DNA from: Pseudidiomarina andamanensis
GTDB lineage: Bacteria; Pseudomonadota; Gammaproteobacteria; Enterobacterales; Alteromonadaceae
Direction: 5' to 3'
DNA length: 32,000 bases
NCBI RefSeq assembly: GCF_009734345.1
Contig: NZ_CP032551.1
Coordinates: 1,380,001-1,412,000 of the forward strand
Each line of letters opens with the position of its first letter. Positions within the stretch are counted from its first letter, which is position 1. Below the pieces are notes generated by a model. It was not told where the DNA came from, searched no databases, and saw nothing but the letters and a program-made list of their open reading frames with translations. The position numbers and the translations under genes are program-made. Positions 8,799 through 19,259 of the stretch are shown in pieces.

Positions 8799-11456
8799 AT
8801 GCAATTTATTCCTGGTCAACGCTGGCTCAGCGAAACCGAAATGGAGCAAGGCTTAGGTATGGTAAGTCAGCTTCAAGGACGCATGGTGACGGTGTTATTT
8901 CCCGTTACCGGCGAGTTTCGCCACTATGCGATGAATGAAGCGCCACTTGCGCGCTATCGTTTGCTGGTTGATGAGCAAGGTCATCATGGTGATGGCTGGT
9001 CTTTTCGTGTGACTCAAGTTGACGAGCAAGATGGACTGTTAACCTACCATGGTATTCGTGATGACAGCGACGAAGCTGTTGTCGTACCCGAAGCGCAGCT
9101 TGCAGCACAAGTCGCCACTAATCATCCGCTAACACGCATTCTTGCAGGCAAAGTCGATCGCCTCGATATGTATCAGTTGCGTCAGCAAGCACAGCAGCAC
9201 CTGCACAACTGGCAAAGTAGCCCTGCAGCTGGGTTAATCGGTGCACGAGCCGATCTATTACCGCACCAGCTTTATGTTGCGAGTCAAATAGCCGATCGTC
9301 ATCATCCTCGCGTTTTGCTCGCCGATGAAGTGGGCCTTGGTAAAACCATTGAAGCCGGTTTGATACTGCAACGACGCCTATTAACTGGGCGCAGTGAGCG
9401 CATCTTAATTGTGGTGCCAGACAGTCTTGCTCATCAATGGTTAGTCGAGCTACTGAGGCGATTTAACTTAGGCTTTAGCCTATTTGATGTTGAACGATGT
9501 GAGCAAGCGGCCCTTGATGGCGATGCCATTTTCGCGAGCGAGCAACTCGTTTTAATTCCACAGTCGTTACTTGCAAACCCGATTTGGTCTGGCGAGTTAT
9601 TTGAAGTGAGTTGGGACTTACTTATTGTTGATGAAGCTCACCAACTTGCTCCTACAGAAAAGAGCTTTGCATTGCTGCAACAACTTACCCAGCACATTCC
9701 GAGTGTGTTGCTGTTAACCGCGACGCCAGAGCAAGCCGGGTTAGAGGCCCATTTCGCGCGCCTGCAACTATTAGATCCTGATCGGTTTAATGATTTCGAG
9801 GCGTTTATTGAAGAACAAGAAAGCTATCAAGCACTCGTTCCAAAAGCTGAAGCCTTAGCTAACAGCGGGCAGTTGGAAGCGCTGGATGAGTTATTAGACA
9901 GCTATGGCACTGGACGCGTGATGTTTCGCAACAGCCGTCGTCACATTGGTGGTTTCCCGAATCGCCATCTGCAGGTTACAGAGCTGGATGAAGGTGATGC
10001 ACTACTCAAACGCTTTGAATGGCTGGTTGCCCTGCTTAAATCACACAAAAATGAAAAGTTTGTACTCATTTGTAAAAGCAGCGAATTGGTTTTGGCACTG
10101 CATGAGATGTTGCGCGTACAACAAGGTATTCATGCCGCAGTATTTCACGAAGGACTAAGCTTAGTTGAGCGCGACCGTGCTGCCGCCTACTTTGCCAGCC
10201 CTGAAGATGGCTGTCAGTTACTTCTGTGTTCTGAAATTGGGAGCGAAGGGCGTAACTTCCAGTTTGCTCAACACCTGATCCTGTTCGACCTACCGCGGCA
10301 TCCTGATTTATTGGAGCAACGAATTGGCCGGCTTGATAGGCTCGGCCAAAAAGATGACATTTACATTCATGTGCCAGTGGTTGCGAATAGCGCCGAACAA
10401 ATCTTGTTTGCTTGGTATGAAGCCATGAATGCCTTCACCCAAACCAATGCTATTGGCGCCATGTTACACCAACACTTTGCGCCAGCGCTTGAGCAATTAA
10501 TTGATAGCCAAGCCAATGCCGATTTTGATCAGGACTTGTTCGAAACGACGCTGCAAGAAACGCGTGACTTGGCCGCTAAGATGCGCGTTGCAGCAGACGC
10601 AGGGCGCGATCGCTTGCAAGAACTCAACGCGTTTCGTCCACATCAAATGAACACGTTACTAGAAGCGATTAAAACGATTCAACAAGCAGCTGAACTCGAG
10701 CTGTTTATGTTGTCGTTTTGGGATCGCTTTGGCCTCGAGTTCGATCGACTGAATGACGAGAGTGGTTGGCTCTATCCAACTGAGCAAATGCGTATACCAA
10801 TGGCCGGATTACCTGAAGAAGGTTTGACAGTAACCTTCTCTCGTTCTTATGCATTAGCGCATGAAGACGTCACATTCTTGAGCTGGGATCACCCACTGGT
10901 GCAGCAAGCGCTTGAATTATTAACGCGTGACACCTTTGGTAGCACCGCAGTCGCACTACTGCAAAACCGTGCGTTAACCGCTGGTGCATGGTTTATTGAA
11001 CTGCAGTTCAGCAGTGTCGTCTTGGCGCCAAAGCAACTCGCCGTACAGGAATTTTATCCGCATCATAGCTTCCGCGTTCTACTGGACGGTCAAGCACGCG
11101 ATTTAACCGACAAAGTGGCGCCGGGCGTCTTGGATAAACACCTCCAGTTCCTCGATAAAAAACAAGCACGATTGTTACTTAAGCAATTACGCTCTGAGTG
11201 CCAGCAAGCTATTCAAACGGCTTGGAAACCAGCGGAGCTGCAGCAACAAAAGGCTATCGAACGTGCTGCAGAACAAGTCAATACTCAGCTTTCTACGGAT
11301 TTAAATCGCTTACTCAAGTTACAACAAACGAATCCGTTAGTTCGGGAGAGCGAAATTGCAGCAGTTAAGCAGCGCCGCGAGGAGCTTCTTGCAGCCTTTG
11401 AGCAGCCATTGTTGCAGCTTGATTCAGTGCGCATCATGGTGAATATGCCAGCATGA
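8799..11456 (+). CDS. rapA: RNA polymerase-associated SWI2/SNF2 ATPase RapA (HepA)
   Basis: ORF 8736..11456. MQFIPGQRWLSETE aligns with E. coli MPFTLGQRWISDTE. Helicase motifs DEVGLGKT, VDEAHQL, LLLTATPEQ, CSEIGSEGRNFQF and LEQRIGRLDRLGQ. The start is set at the ATG at 8799. The ATG at 8778 is an in-frame alternative, and no strong SD precedes either. About 80 aa shorter than E. coli RapA. Confidence 0.9.
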   Translation: MQFIPGQRWLSETEMEQGLGMVSQLQGRMVTVLFPVTGEFRHYAMNEAPLARYRLLVDEQGHHGDGWSFRVTQVDEQDGLLTYHGIRDDSDEAVVVPEAQLAAQVATNHPLTRILAGKVDRLDMYQLRQQAQQHLHNWQSSPAAGLIGARADLLPHQLYVASQIADRHHPRVLLADEVGLGKTIEAGLILQRRLLTGRSERILIVVPDSLAHQWLVELLRRFNLGFSLFDVERCEQAALDGDAIFASEQLVLIPQSLLANPIWSGELFEVSWDLLIVDEAHQLAPTEKSFALLQQLTQHIPSVLLLTATPEQAGLEAHFARLQLLDPDRFNDFEAFIEEQESYQALVPKAEALANSGQLEALDELLDSYGTGRVMFRNSRRHIGGFPNRHLQVTELDEGDALLKRFEWLVALLKSHKNEKFVLICKSSELVLALHEMLRVQQGIHAAVFHEGLSLVERDRAAAYFASPEDGCQLLLCSEIGSEGRNFQFAQHLILFDLPRHPDLLEQRIGRLDRLGQKDDIYIHVPVVANSAEQILFAWYEAMNAFTQTNAIGAMLHQHFAPALEQLIDSQANADFDQDLFETTLQETRDLAAKMRVAADAGRDRLQELNAFRPHQMNTLLEAIKTIQQAAELELFMLSFWDRFGLEFDRLNDESGWLYPTEQMRIPMAGLPEEGLTVTFSRSYALAHEDVTFLSWDHPLVQQALELLTRDTFGSTAVALLQNRALTAGAWFIELQFSSVVLAPKQLAVQEFYPHHSFRVLLDGQARDLTDKVAPGVLDKHLQFLDKKQARLLLKQLRSECQQAIQTAWKPAELQQQKAIERAAEQVNTQLSTDLNRLLKLQQTNPLVRESEIAAVKQRREELLAAFEQPLLQLDSVRIMVNMPA

Positions 11457-12109
11457 CATTATTGCACTATTCACCACCGACAACGCCATATTTAGACATT
11501 ATCTATAATGACAACGATGTGGTGGTAATCAACAAACCCAGCGGCTTACTTAGTGTTCCTGGAAAAGCCCCCGAGCATCGCGATTCGGCATGGTTTCGTC
11601 TCGAACGCAGTTGTCCACAAGTTCGCATTATTCATCGCTTGGATATGGCCACATCAGGGTTGTTGGTGTTTGCGCGAAATAAAGTGGCGCAAGCATCGCT
11701 GCAACGTCAGTTTGAACGCCGCACGGTGGGTAAACGTTATCGAGCTTTTGTTTGGGGGAAGTTACCTGCGCAGCGTGGCGCGGTCGACCTCGCATTGCGT
11801 TGTGATTGGCCAAATCGACCACGGCAAATGGTTGATTTGGTTCTTGGCAAGCCCGCACTCACACTCTATCAAGTGATTGGCGAACATGCGCATGGCGATA
11901 TTGTCGCATTGACACCTTATACCGGCCGTTCGCATCAACTGCGGGTTCACATGCAAGCACTAGGCACCCCAATACTTGGTGATAAATTCTATGCGACCGC
12001 TGAAGGGTACGCCGCTGCAGAACGATTGCTGTTGCACGCGGAACACTTAGCGTTTGATCATCCCTCCAGCGGCGAACGTTTGACGTTTAACTGCCCTGCC
12101 GACTTTTAA
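11453..12109 (+). CDS. rluA: Dual-specificity rRNA/tRNA pseudouridine synthase RluA
   Basis: 218 aa. Catalytic motif HRLDMATSGLLVFAR. C-terminus ...PADF as in E. coli RluA. ATGA overlap with the rapA stop. rapA-rluA synteny as in E. coli. Confidence 0.9.
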   Translation: MTLLHYSPPTTPYLDIIYNDNDVVVINKPSGLLSVPGKAPEHRDSAWFRLERSCPQVRIIHRLDMATSGLLVFARNKVAQASLQRQFERRTVGKRYRAFVWGKLPAQRGAVDLALRCDWPNRPRQMVDLVLGKPALTLYQVIGEHAHGDIVALTPYTGRSHQLRVHMQALGTPILGDKFYATAEGYAAAERLLLHAEHLAFDHPSSGERLTFNCPADF

Positions 12110-12872
12110 TGAGTTCGTAAGCTGCTTGAATTTGCTGCGCTTTGGCGCGCGCTGATTCACGCATTTCCGGCGGTAAACCTTGTGCAGCAAGCTTATCCGG
12201 ATGATGCTTGTTCATTAATTTACGATAGGCTTTTTTCACCTCAGAAAAACTCGCTGAGCGGCTCATACCCAACACTGCGTAGGCATCATCAAGTTGGTTC
12301 GCCGTTGTTTGCTGACTGTACTGCTGCGAACTACCACCCGTTCCAAATCGCTGCCCGGCTTGTGCCATTTGCAATAAGATATCCAGTTGAGCACGACGAA
12401 ATCCGAGTGCTTGGGTTACTTTTAGTAAAACATCGTACTCGGCTTGATCAAGCTGGCCGTCGTGCAGCGCAATGGTGAGTAACTGTTCAAGGAAAAACTG
12501 CAACAAATCGCGCCGCCACGCTAATTGAGAACGCAGTTGCTGAACCCGTTGGGTTAACGGAAAGTCCGATTGCTTGCCTTGGCGAAAACTCTCTTGAGCT
12601 TCAACGCGAGCTTCTTCTGAGAGCTGCAAATGGTCCATCAGGCGCGTCACATAATCAATATCTTGCTCAGTAACACGGCCTTTGGATTTCGCTAAATGCC
12701 CTAATACCGCAAACAATGTACTCACGAATTGCTGCGGCTGCGTGTTGTTCTGCTGCATCGCACGAGTCAGTGATTTATCAAACCAATGGCCAATCATTAG
12801 CCCGAGCAATAGGCCGATAAATCGCGCAAATAAAAAGCCGAAAAAGCCGCCGAGAATTTTACCCCAAATCAT
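12087..12872 (-). CDS. djlA: Membrane-anchored DnaJ-like co-chaperone DjlA
   Basis: ORF 12087..12923, trimmed to the ATG at 12872 (MIWGKILGGFFGFLFARFIGLLLGLMIG, an N-terminal TM segment). C-terminal J domain AYAVLGMS...YRKLMNKHHPDKL. The start overlaps the murU stop (ATGA). Confidence 0.85.
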   Translation of the reverse strand: MIWGKILGGFFGFLFARFIGLLLGLMIGHWFDKSLTRAMQQNNTQPQQFVSTLFAVLGHLAKSKGRVTEQDIDYVTRLMDHLQLSEEARVEAQESFRQGKQSDFPLTQRVQQLRSQLAWRRDLLQFFLEQLLTIALHDGQLDQAEYDVLLKVTQALGFRRAQLDILLQMAQAGQRFGTGGSSQQYSQQTTANQLDDAYAVLGMSRSASFSEVKKAYRKLMNKHHPDKLAAQGLPPEMRESARAKAQQIQAAYELIKSRQGS

Positions 12873-13537
12873 GGGTGCTCCTGTAATTGTGCTAAGCGCT
12901 CGGGAGTGCCAACATCGGTCCACTCCGCAGAAATAACAGATGCTGCGATCTGTTCATTCATAATACCGCTGTCTAGAAAGGGGCGCAGTCGAACAAACGC
13001 TTCACTACCTGGTTGGTAGGTTTGAAATAACTGCGGCGAAAACAATCCCATGCCTGTATAGGTATAGGTTTGAGCTGTCTCTGTTGCGGATTGTAACATG
13101 CCACCTCGAACTGCAAAGTCGCCGCGCGCATTATGTGGCGGGTTTTGCGCGAGCAATAGATGAGCAGCCACGCCATCAGGAAGCTTGCGTGGTAACTCGC
13201 TGAAGTCTAATGTGGTGAAAATATCACCGTTGATTAACCAGAATGGTTCGTTGCCGAGCATGGGCAACGCTCGAATGATGCCACCAGCGGTTTCTAATCC
13301 GCCCTGCGGCTCTGGTGAATACAGAATCTCCAGGCCAAATTGCTTGCCGCTACCGAGAGTTTGCTCTAACTGCTCACCCAACCATGCATGGTTAATCACC
13401 ACTTGCTGAACGCCCTGTGCGGCAAGTTTTTCCAAATGGTAGACAATCAACGGTTTATCACGCACTTTCAGCAGTGGCTTCGGTGTCGTGTCCGTCAGTG
13501 GCCGCATTCGCTCACCGCGGCCAGCAGCTAAGATCAT
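12869..13537 (-). CDS. murU: N-acetylmuramate alpha-1-phosphate uridylyltransferase
   Basis: ORF 12869..13591, trimmed to the ATG at 13537 (MILAAGRGERMRPLTDTTPKPLL, the sugar-nucleotidyltransferase G-x-G-x-R motif). It lies immediately downstream of an amgK-like kinase and divergent from lptD, as in Pseudomonas. Confidence 0.75.
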   Translation of the reverse strand: MILAAGRGERMRPLTDTTPKPLLKVRDKPLIVYHLEKLAAQGVQQVVINHAWLGEQLEQTLGSGKQFGLEILYSPEPQGGLETAGGIIRALPMLGNEPFWLINGDIFTTLDFSELPRKLPDGVAAHLLLAQNPPHNARGDFAVRGGMLQSATETAQTYTYTGMGLFSPQLFQTYQPGSEAFVRLRPFLDSGIMNEQIAASVISAEWTDVGTPERLAQLQEHP

Positions 13538-13545
13538 TGCTCGCA

Positions 13546-14550
13546 CTAGATGCGCTCCTGCAGTGCAGGTTGAATCTGTTCTGCGAGCCAACGCCGATAA
13601 TCTGCAAACTCTGGATACAGTCCTGCAATATCGTACAAATAACCCACTGTTCTCGGAATATCTTGCAAATACCCCGACTTGCCATCGCGGTGATAAAGTC
13701 GTGCAAAAATACCAGCGGCTTTGGTATGGCGCTGCATACCCATTAAATCAAACCAGCGTTGCCACTGTGATTGTTCAACTGAAGCTGGAACAAGCTGTTG
13801 CTCGCGTAAACGCTCAAATAGCTCCTGACTTAGCTTGATAACTTGCTGTTGTGGCCAGCGAACATAACAGTCGCGCAACAGACTAACGGCATCGTAAGTT
13901 ATCGGCCCTTTTACCGCATCTTGAAAGTCAATATAAGCAAGCGAGCCGTTTGCTTGCACCATGATATTGCGCGCATGAAAATCTCGGTGAACGCCAACCT
14001 GTGGTTGCTCGAGTGCATTTTCTATCAACACTTCACCTACGCGTTGCCACATTGCTTGTTGCTCGGACGTGAGGCTTAATCCCAAGTGCTCAACCACCAG
14101 CCAGTCATGAAATAGGTCAATTTCACGCCGCAGCAGAGCGGTATCATATGACGGTAACTCCCCCAATTCGGTGCGAGTTACTGGCATCAAGTCACAGAGG
14201 TCATGCAATGCTTTGCGATACCACCCTAACATTGTCGTGTCTGTGAGCTCGCTAAGTAACAACGTAGAACCTAGATCACTCAGCAGCATAAACCCTTGTT
14301 TTTCATCCGCCGCAATAACCACTGGAACGGCGACACCAGCTTCAGCGTATGCCTGTGCGATAGCCATAAATGGCTGTAACGATTCCTGTGGTGGCGGTGC
14401 ATCGACCGCAATCAGACTGCGGCGACCGTCGGAACAGCGAAAATAACGACGAAAGCTGGCATCCCCAGAAACCGGCTGCAATTGTTGTTGATGATACCCA
14501 GTTACCGCTTCACACCAAGCTTGCAGTTTCAGTTCTCGTTGTTCGTTCAC
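13546..14550 (-). CDS. amgK: Anomeric MurNAc/GlcNAc kinase (aminoglycoside-phosphotransferase fold)
   Basis: ORF 13546..14568. Kinase motifs HRDFHARNIM and IDFQDA. There is no ATG near the N-terminus. The GTG at 14550 is preceded by GAGGG at about 4 nt, whereas the GTG at 14568 (track start) has no SD, so I prefer 14550. Paired with murU. Confidence 0.7.
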   Translation of the reverse strand: MNEQRELKLQAWCEAVTGYHQQQLQPVSGDASFRRYFRCSDGRRSLIAVDAPPPQESLQPFMAIAQAYAEAGVAVPVVIAADEKQGFMLLSDLGSTLLLSELTDTTMLGWYRKALHDLCDLMPVTRTELGELPSYDTALLRREIDLFHDWLVVEHLGLSLTSEQQAMWQRVGEVLIENALEQPQVGVHRDFHARNIMVQANGSLAYIDFQDAVKGPITYDAVSLLRDCYVRWPQQQVIKLSQELFERLREQQLVPASVEQSQWQRWFDLMGMQRHTKAAGIFARLYHRDGKSGYLQDIPRTVGYLYDIAGLYPEFADYRRWLAEQIQPALQERI

Positions 14551-14697
14551 ATCACCCTCACAGTGCACAATTAGTCGCCAACTCGGTCAGCTTTCGTAAG
14601 ATTCTAAAAAAACCACAGTGTAGCAAATGGCGACAGAATAAAAATTGCTTTATCATACCCTGCACATTGTGAAGGACAACCCAGGGTAAACGGCTCC

Positions 14698-16974
14698 ATG
14701 CAGAAAATTTTTCAGACGTCATTTTGGACAGTCGCACTAGGTATTAGTTGTGCCACTGTTCATGCGCAGCAGTCATCTCGTGCCGCGCTGTCTGAAGTTT
14801 GCCCACTACCAGCGCCATTATTTACCACGCCAATTACGCCGATAAGTGACTTACAACCTGGTGCCATCGGTGTGCGTGCCGACCGCGCAGATATTGACTC
14901 ACAATCTCAAGTCGCCTCATTTTTCGGTAACGTTGAAGTTCAATTCGATCAACAACAGCTGAGAACCGAACAGGCGCAAATCGACCAACAAAGCGGGAAT
15001 ATCAACGCAAGCGGCGCAACGCTGTTTACCGATGGTTACGTTCAAGTTTCATCGGAGAACTTTCGCTTAAACTCTGGTGAGAACCGTGCGTTTCTGAGTG
15101 GCGCTGAATATCAGCTAACAGAGACCGGCGCCCATGGTAAAGCCGATATATTATCGTTGTCATCACAACAAGTTCTGCTAGAGGGCTCAACATTTACAAC
15201 CTGCCCAAGTGATAGTCCAGTCTGGCAAATGAGCGCCCAAGAAATTTCATTGAACGAAAACGATGAATGGGGCGAAGCTTGGCATGCTAAGTTTGAACTG
15301 TTTGGCGTACCCGTTCTGTATCTGCCTTACATCAATTTTCCAGTTACCGATGCGCGGAAGTCGGGGTTCTTATTTCCCACCTTTGGTTCCTCACAAAAGA
15401 ACGGGTTTGAGGTTGAATTACCTTACTACTTCAATATTGCGCCGAATATGGACGCGACCATTGCGCCGCGTTATATGGCGGAGCGCGGCACTCAAATTCA
15501 AGCCGAGTTCCGGGCTCTCAGTGAATCAGGTAGCGGCCAGTATAATGTCGCCTACTTAGAAAAGGACAAGAGTACTGAGGATCAAGCTGCTCGATATTTT
15601 TGGCGTGTTGAACAAAGCCAGTATTGGGGTAAACATTGGCGAGGTTACATTAACGGAACGTTTATCAGCGATGATGACTACCTGAATGATCTGGGTAGTG
15701 ATTTTGCTGGGCGTGCGGATGCGCAATTGTATCGCCATGCGCAACTCGATTATTTGAGTGATGATTGGCAAGTGACAATGCGGGCGGAGGATTTTGAACT
15801 GCTCGGTTCGTATCGTTCGCCTTATCGCACCATGCCACAAATCAAAAGTTACTACACAGCTGATGTTGGGTTAGACATCGATTTTTCATTATTTTCAGAA
15901 ATGTCGCATTTTCAAAACCAAGATCTAAGCCGCGATACAGCCACTCGGGTGCATGTCGAACCGCAAGTAAGTTATCACTTAGAACAACCTGGTTATGATT
16001 GGTTAGCTGAACTCAGTTACGCATATACTTATTACGATCAAGAAACAGATTTAGAACGCGGGCGTACTGAAAACCCATCACGTGGCTTACCAACTTTTCG
16101 CTGGCGTGGTCGCGTTAACCTCGAGCGTAGCATAGATATTAAACAGCAAATCTATACGCATACACTGCAACCGCAAATTCAATATTTGTATACACCATTT
16201 CGCGATCAGTCCGGTATTGGTATCTACGATTCAACCTTAATGCAGGATGACTATCAGGGGCTCTTTCGAGCACGCCGTTTCTCAGGTCTCGACCGAATAG
16301 CCGATGCGAACCAAGTTACGATTGGTGCATCATCTAGTTTGTTTGATCAGCAGGCTCGTGAAATTGCGCGAATCAGTTTCGGGCAAATTTATTATTTCGA
16401 GAATAGCGAAACACAGCTTTTTGAAACGAGCACCGCAACGTCAGAGAATCGTTCTGATTTAGCACTAGAAACACGCTTTCGAATTAATAACAACATGTAC
16501 TTTAATAGCTCTATTCAATACAACTTAGAGCTGAACAGCACACGTAAAAGCCAAACCACTCTTGAGTATCGGCTCAATGAGTTTAACTTGATTCAGTTTA
16601 GCCACCGTACCGTAACTAATTTACTTGAAAATGACGTGGAACAAGTTGGCATGTTGGGTGTCGTAGAACTCAGCCCAAGTTGGCAGTTAGCATCAAATTG
16701 GTACTATGATTTGCAAAACAGTCGTACCAACGATGCCTTCATTGCGTTACAGTACAGCGATTGTTGTTGGGCCATGCGAGTGAGTGGTTACCGTCGCATC
16801 AATCGCAATTTAGAATTGAATGCCGGTTTACCTGAAGTCGGTGCACCAGAGTTTGATAACGGTATTAGTGTACAATTCATAATTAAAGGTTTGGGAAGCG
16901 ATAATCGAAGCTTACTGGATATGCTTGAACAAAGTCTATTTGGTTACCGTCACCCATTCCACTTAAGCAACTAG
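14698..16974 (+). CDS. lptD: LPS-assembly outer-membrane protein LptD
   Basis: 758 aa. Signal peptide MQKIFQTSFWTVALGISCATVHA-QQ. Conserved C-terminal CCW cysteine pair (YSDCCWAMRV). Synteny lptD-surA-pdxA-rsmA-apaG-apaH. Confidence 0.95.
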   Translation: MQKIFQTSFWTVALGISCATVHAQQSSRAALSEVCPLPAPLFTTPITPISDLQPGAIGVRADRADIDSQSQVASFFGNVEVQFDQQQLRTEQAQIDQQSGNINASGATLFTDGYVQVSSENFRLNSGENRAFLSGAEYQLTETGAHGKADILSLSSQQVLLEGSTFTTCPSDSPVWQMSAQEISLNENDEWGEAWHAKFELFGVPVLYLPYINFPVTDARKSGFLFPTFGSSQKNGFEVELPYYFNIAPNMDATIAPRYMAERGTQIQAEFRALSESGSGQYNVAYLEKDKSTEDQAARYFWRVEQSQYWGKHWRGYINGTFISDDDYLNDLGSDFAGRADAQLYRHAQLDYLSDDWQVTMRAEDFELLGSYRSPYRTMPQIKSYYTADVGLDIDFSLFSEMSHFQNQDLSRDTATRVHVEPQVSYHLEQPGYDWLAELSYAYTYYDQETDLERGRTENPSRGLPTFRWRGRVNLERSIDIKQQIYTHTLQPQIQYLYTPFRDQSGIGIYDSTLMQDDYQGLFRARRFSGLDRIADANQVTIGASSSLFDQQAREIARISFGQIYYFENSETQLFETSTATSENRSDLALETRFRINNNMYFNSSIQYNLELNSTRKSQTTLEYRLNEFNLIQFSHRTVTNLLENDVEQVGMLGVVELSPSWQLASNWYYDLQNSRTNDAFIALQYSDCCWAMRVSGYRRINRNLELNAGLPEVGAPEFDNGISVQFIIKGLGSDNRSLLDMLEQSLFGYRHPFHLSN

Positions 16975-16983
16975 GTAGTATTC

Positions 16984-18270
16984 ATGGGTAAAATTGTAAA
17001 AGTTTTCGTTGCAGCAATGCTGCTATCACTGAGCATGTCGGCATCGAGCCAACAAGTTCTCGACCGTGTTGCGGTTGTTGTCAACGAAGGCGTCGTTCTA
17101 CAAAGCGAAGTTGAGCAATTGCTTCAACAAGTGAAACGCGGTGCGCAACAAAAAGGTACCGAACTGCCATCAGACAGAGTCTTACGCATTCAAGCTATGG
17201 ATCGCTTGATCTTGGCTGAACTGCAATTGCAAATGGCACAGCGTATGGGCATCACCATTTCAGACACGCAGCTTCAGCAAGCATTGGAAGCGATTGCCCA
17301 AGATCAGAATATGTCAGTAGACGAGTTGCGCTCGACGATTGAAGCGAGCGGCACCAACTGGGAAAATTATCGTGAATCGATTCGCAAAGAGATGATTATC
17401 ACTGAGACTCAGCGCGCCACCGTACGTCGACGCGTTTATGTGTCACCACAAGAAATCGAAAACCTTGTGAATGCGATGAAGGAAATGACTGAGCAGGAAG
17501 TTGAATATCGTCTGAGTCACATCTTGGTTGGTTTTCGTGAGGGCGCAAATGCTGACGAGGTGCAATCAACCCGCGAACGCGCAGAGAAGTTGTTAGAGCG
17601 CTTACGTAATGGTGCCGACTTCTCGCAAGCCGCAATCACATCATCGTCAGGCCCACGCGCACTTGAAGGTGGTGACCTTGGCTGGATGAATATTAATGCG
17701 ATGCCAACACTATTTGCTGATGCGGTTCGCGATAAAGGTAAAGGCGAGTTTATTGGCCCACTTCGCAGCGGCGTCGGTTTTCATATTTTGAAAGTCAGCG
17801 ATGTCCGCGGTATTGAGCAAGTACAAGTGGATGAAGTGAAAGCGCGTCATATTCTTATTACACCATCGATTATCCTGTCTGAACGCAAAGCGCAAGAAAA
17901 GCTTGCTGGAATTCGCGAGAGTATTCTTGCTGGAGAAGTAGAATTTGCTGACGCTGCACGCGAGCATTCGGCTGATCCAGGTTCTGCGGCGATGGGCGGT
18001 GACCTTGGTTGGGCAGAGCCTAATATTTATGCGGAAGAGTTTAAGCGTAAAGTTGAGCGGTTACCAATTGGTGAGTTAAGCGAGCCATTTGAAACACAGT
18101 TTGGCTGGCACATTGTTGAGGTGTTAGACCGTCGACAGTTGGACGCAACCAAGCGCAGTCAGCAAAACCGTGCTTATCAGCTATTATTTAGCCGGAAGTA
18201 TCAAGAAGAGCTTGAAAACTGGCAACAAGAATTACGCGATCAAGCATACATTGAAACATTGATTCAATAA
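16984..18270 (+). CDS. surA: Periplasmic chaperone / peptidyl-prolyl isomerase SurA
   Basis: 428 aa. Signal peptide, two parvulin-like domains (each with GGDLGW and a following F..GWHI- segment), and synteny. Confidence 0.95.
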   Translation: MGKIVKVFVAAMLLSLSMSASSQQVLDRVAVVVNEGVVLQSEVEQLLQQVKRGAQQKGTELPSDRVLRIQAMDRLILAELQLQMAQRMGITISDTQLQQALEAIAQDQNMSVDELRSTIEASGTNWENYRESIRKEMIITETQRATVRRRVYVSPQEIENLVNAMKEMTEQEVEYRLSHILVGFREGANADEVQSTRERAEKLLERLRNGADFSQAAITSSSGPRALEGGDLGWMNINAMPTLFADAVRDKGKGEFIGPLRSGVGFHILKVSDVRGIEQVQVDEVKARHILITPSIILSERKAQEKLAGIRESILAGEVEFADAAREHSADPGSAAMGGDLGWAEPNIYAEEFKRKVERLPIGELSEPFETQFGWHIVEVLDRRQLDATKRSQQNRAYQLLFSRKYQEELENWQQELRDQAYIETLIQ

Positions 18271-18278
18271 GGCAAACG

Positions 18279-19259
18279 ATGACGGTTGCGCGAATTGCAT
18301 TTACTCCAGGTGAACCGGCTGGTATCGGGCCTGATTTAATTGTCAAACTCGCGCAACATGCTTGGCCGATTGAACTTGTTGTGATAGCCGATGCATCGTT
18401 GCTCGCGCAACGTGCAGCGCTGTTAAATCTCCCTTTAACTATTCGCAATTATGAACCTGATGAACCTGCTGTTGCTCAAACTGCAGGTTCATTAACAGTC
18501 TGTCATATTCCCCTTACTGAAAACGTCGTTGTTCAACAACTCAATAGCAACAATGCCAATTATGTTTTAACCACTCTCGAGCGCGCCAGTCGGGGTTGCT
18601 TAAGTCGCGAATTTGCGGCGGTGGTTACAGGCCCAGTTCACAAAGGTGTGATCAATCAGGCTGGCATTCCGTTTAGCGGCCATACCGAGTTTTTCGCTCA
18701 ACATAGCAAAACACCGCGCGTGGTGATGATGTTGGCAACGGAAGGCTTACGTGTGGCGTTAGTGACAACTCACTTACCATTAAAAGACGTTCCCGCAGCA
18801 ATTACCCGCTCCGCTGTCGAAGAAACCCTGCAAATTCTTCATGCCGATTTAGCCAAGAAATGGGGAATCGCAAACCCTCGAATTTTAGTCTGTGGATTAA
18901 ATCCTCACGCGGGTGAACAAGGGCACTTAGGACGAGAAGAAATCGATCATATTATCCCAGCGATACAATCCATGTGCGAGCAAGGGTTTGATGTCTCTGG
19001 CCCCTATCCGGCCGACACAGTTTTTCAGCCGCATTATTTAGCCGAAGCTGACGCCATTGTCGCAATGTATCATGACCAGGGTTTACCTGTGTTAAAATAC
19101 AAGGGCTTTGGCAATGCCATCAATATAACCTTAGGGTTGCCATTTATTCGCACTTCAGTCGACCACGGCACTGCCTTGGATCGGGCTGGCACACACAACA
19201 TAGATGACAGTAGTGCATTACTCGCTTTGCGCACTGCAATCGACATGGTAAATCGATGA
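18279..19259 (+). CDS. pdxA: 4-hydroxythreonine-4-phosphate dehydrogenase
   Basis: 326 aa. Motifs [18 protein letters not shown] and TSVDHGTA. Synteny. Confidence 0.95.
   Translation: MTVARIAFTPGEPAGIGPDLIVKLAQHAWPIELVVIADASLLAQRAALLNLPLTIRNYEPDEPAVAQTAGSLTVCHIPLTENVVVQQLNSNNANYVLTTLERASRGCLSREFAAVVTGPVHKGVINQAGIPFSGHTEFFAQHSKTPRVVMMLATEGLRVALVTTHLPLKDVPAAITRSAVEETLQILHADLAKKWGIANPRILVCGLNPHAGEQGHLGREEIDHIIPAIQSMCEQGFDVSGPYPADTVFQPHYLAEADAIVAMYHDQGLPVLKYKGFGNAINITLGLPFIRTSVDHGTALDRAGTHNIDDSSALLALRTAIDMVNR

Noticed and set aside
7234-11456. PIN-PhoH nuclease/ATPase plus a divergent SNF2-family helicase, read as a two-gene defence-like module
   Set aside because: The SNF2 protein is a full-length RapA orthologue: the N-terminus aligns with E. 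coli RapA, all helicase motifs are present, and it is coupled to rluA and faces djlA exactly as in E. coli. There are no methylase, nuclease-partner or mobile-element hallmarks. The housekeeping interpretation is far more parsimonious.
14574-14634. 7-bp inverted repeat GTCGCCA...TGGCGAC, 47 nt apart, in the amgK/lptD divergent region
   Set aside because: The arms are short, the spacer is long, and no supporting promoter or SD relationship is evident. This is within chance expectation for a 130-nt AT-rich spacer.
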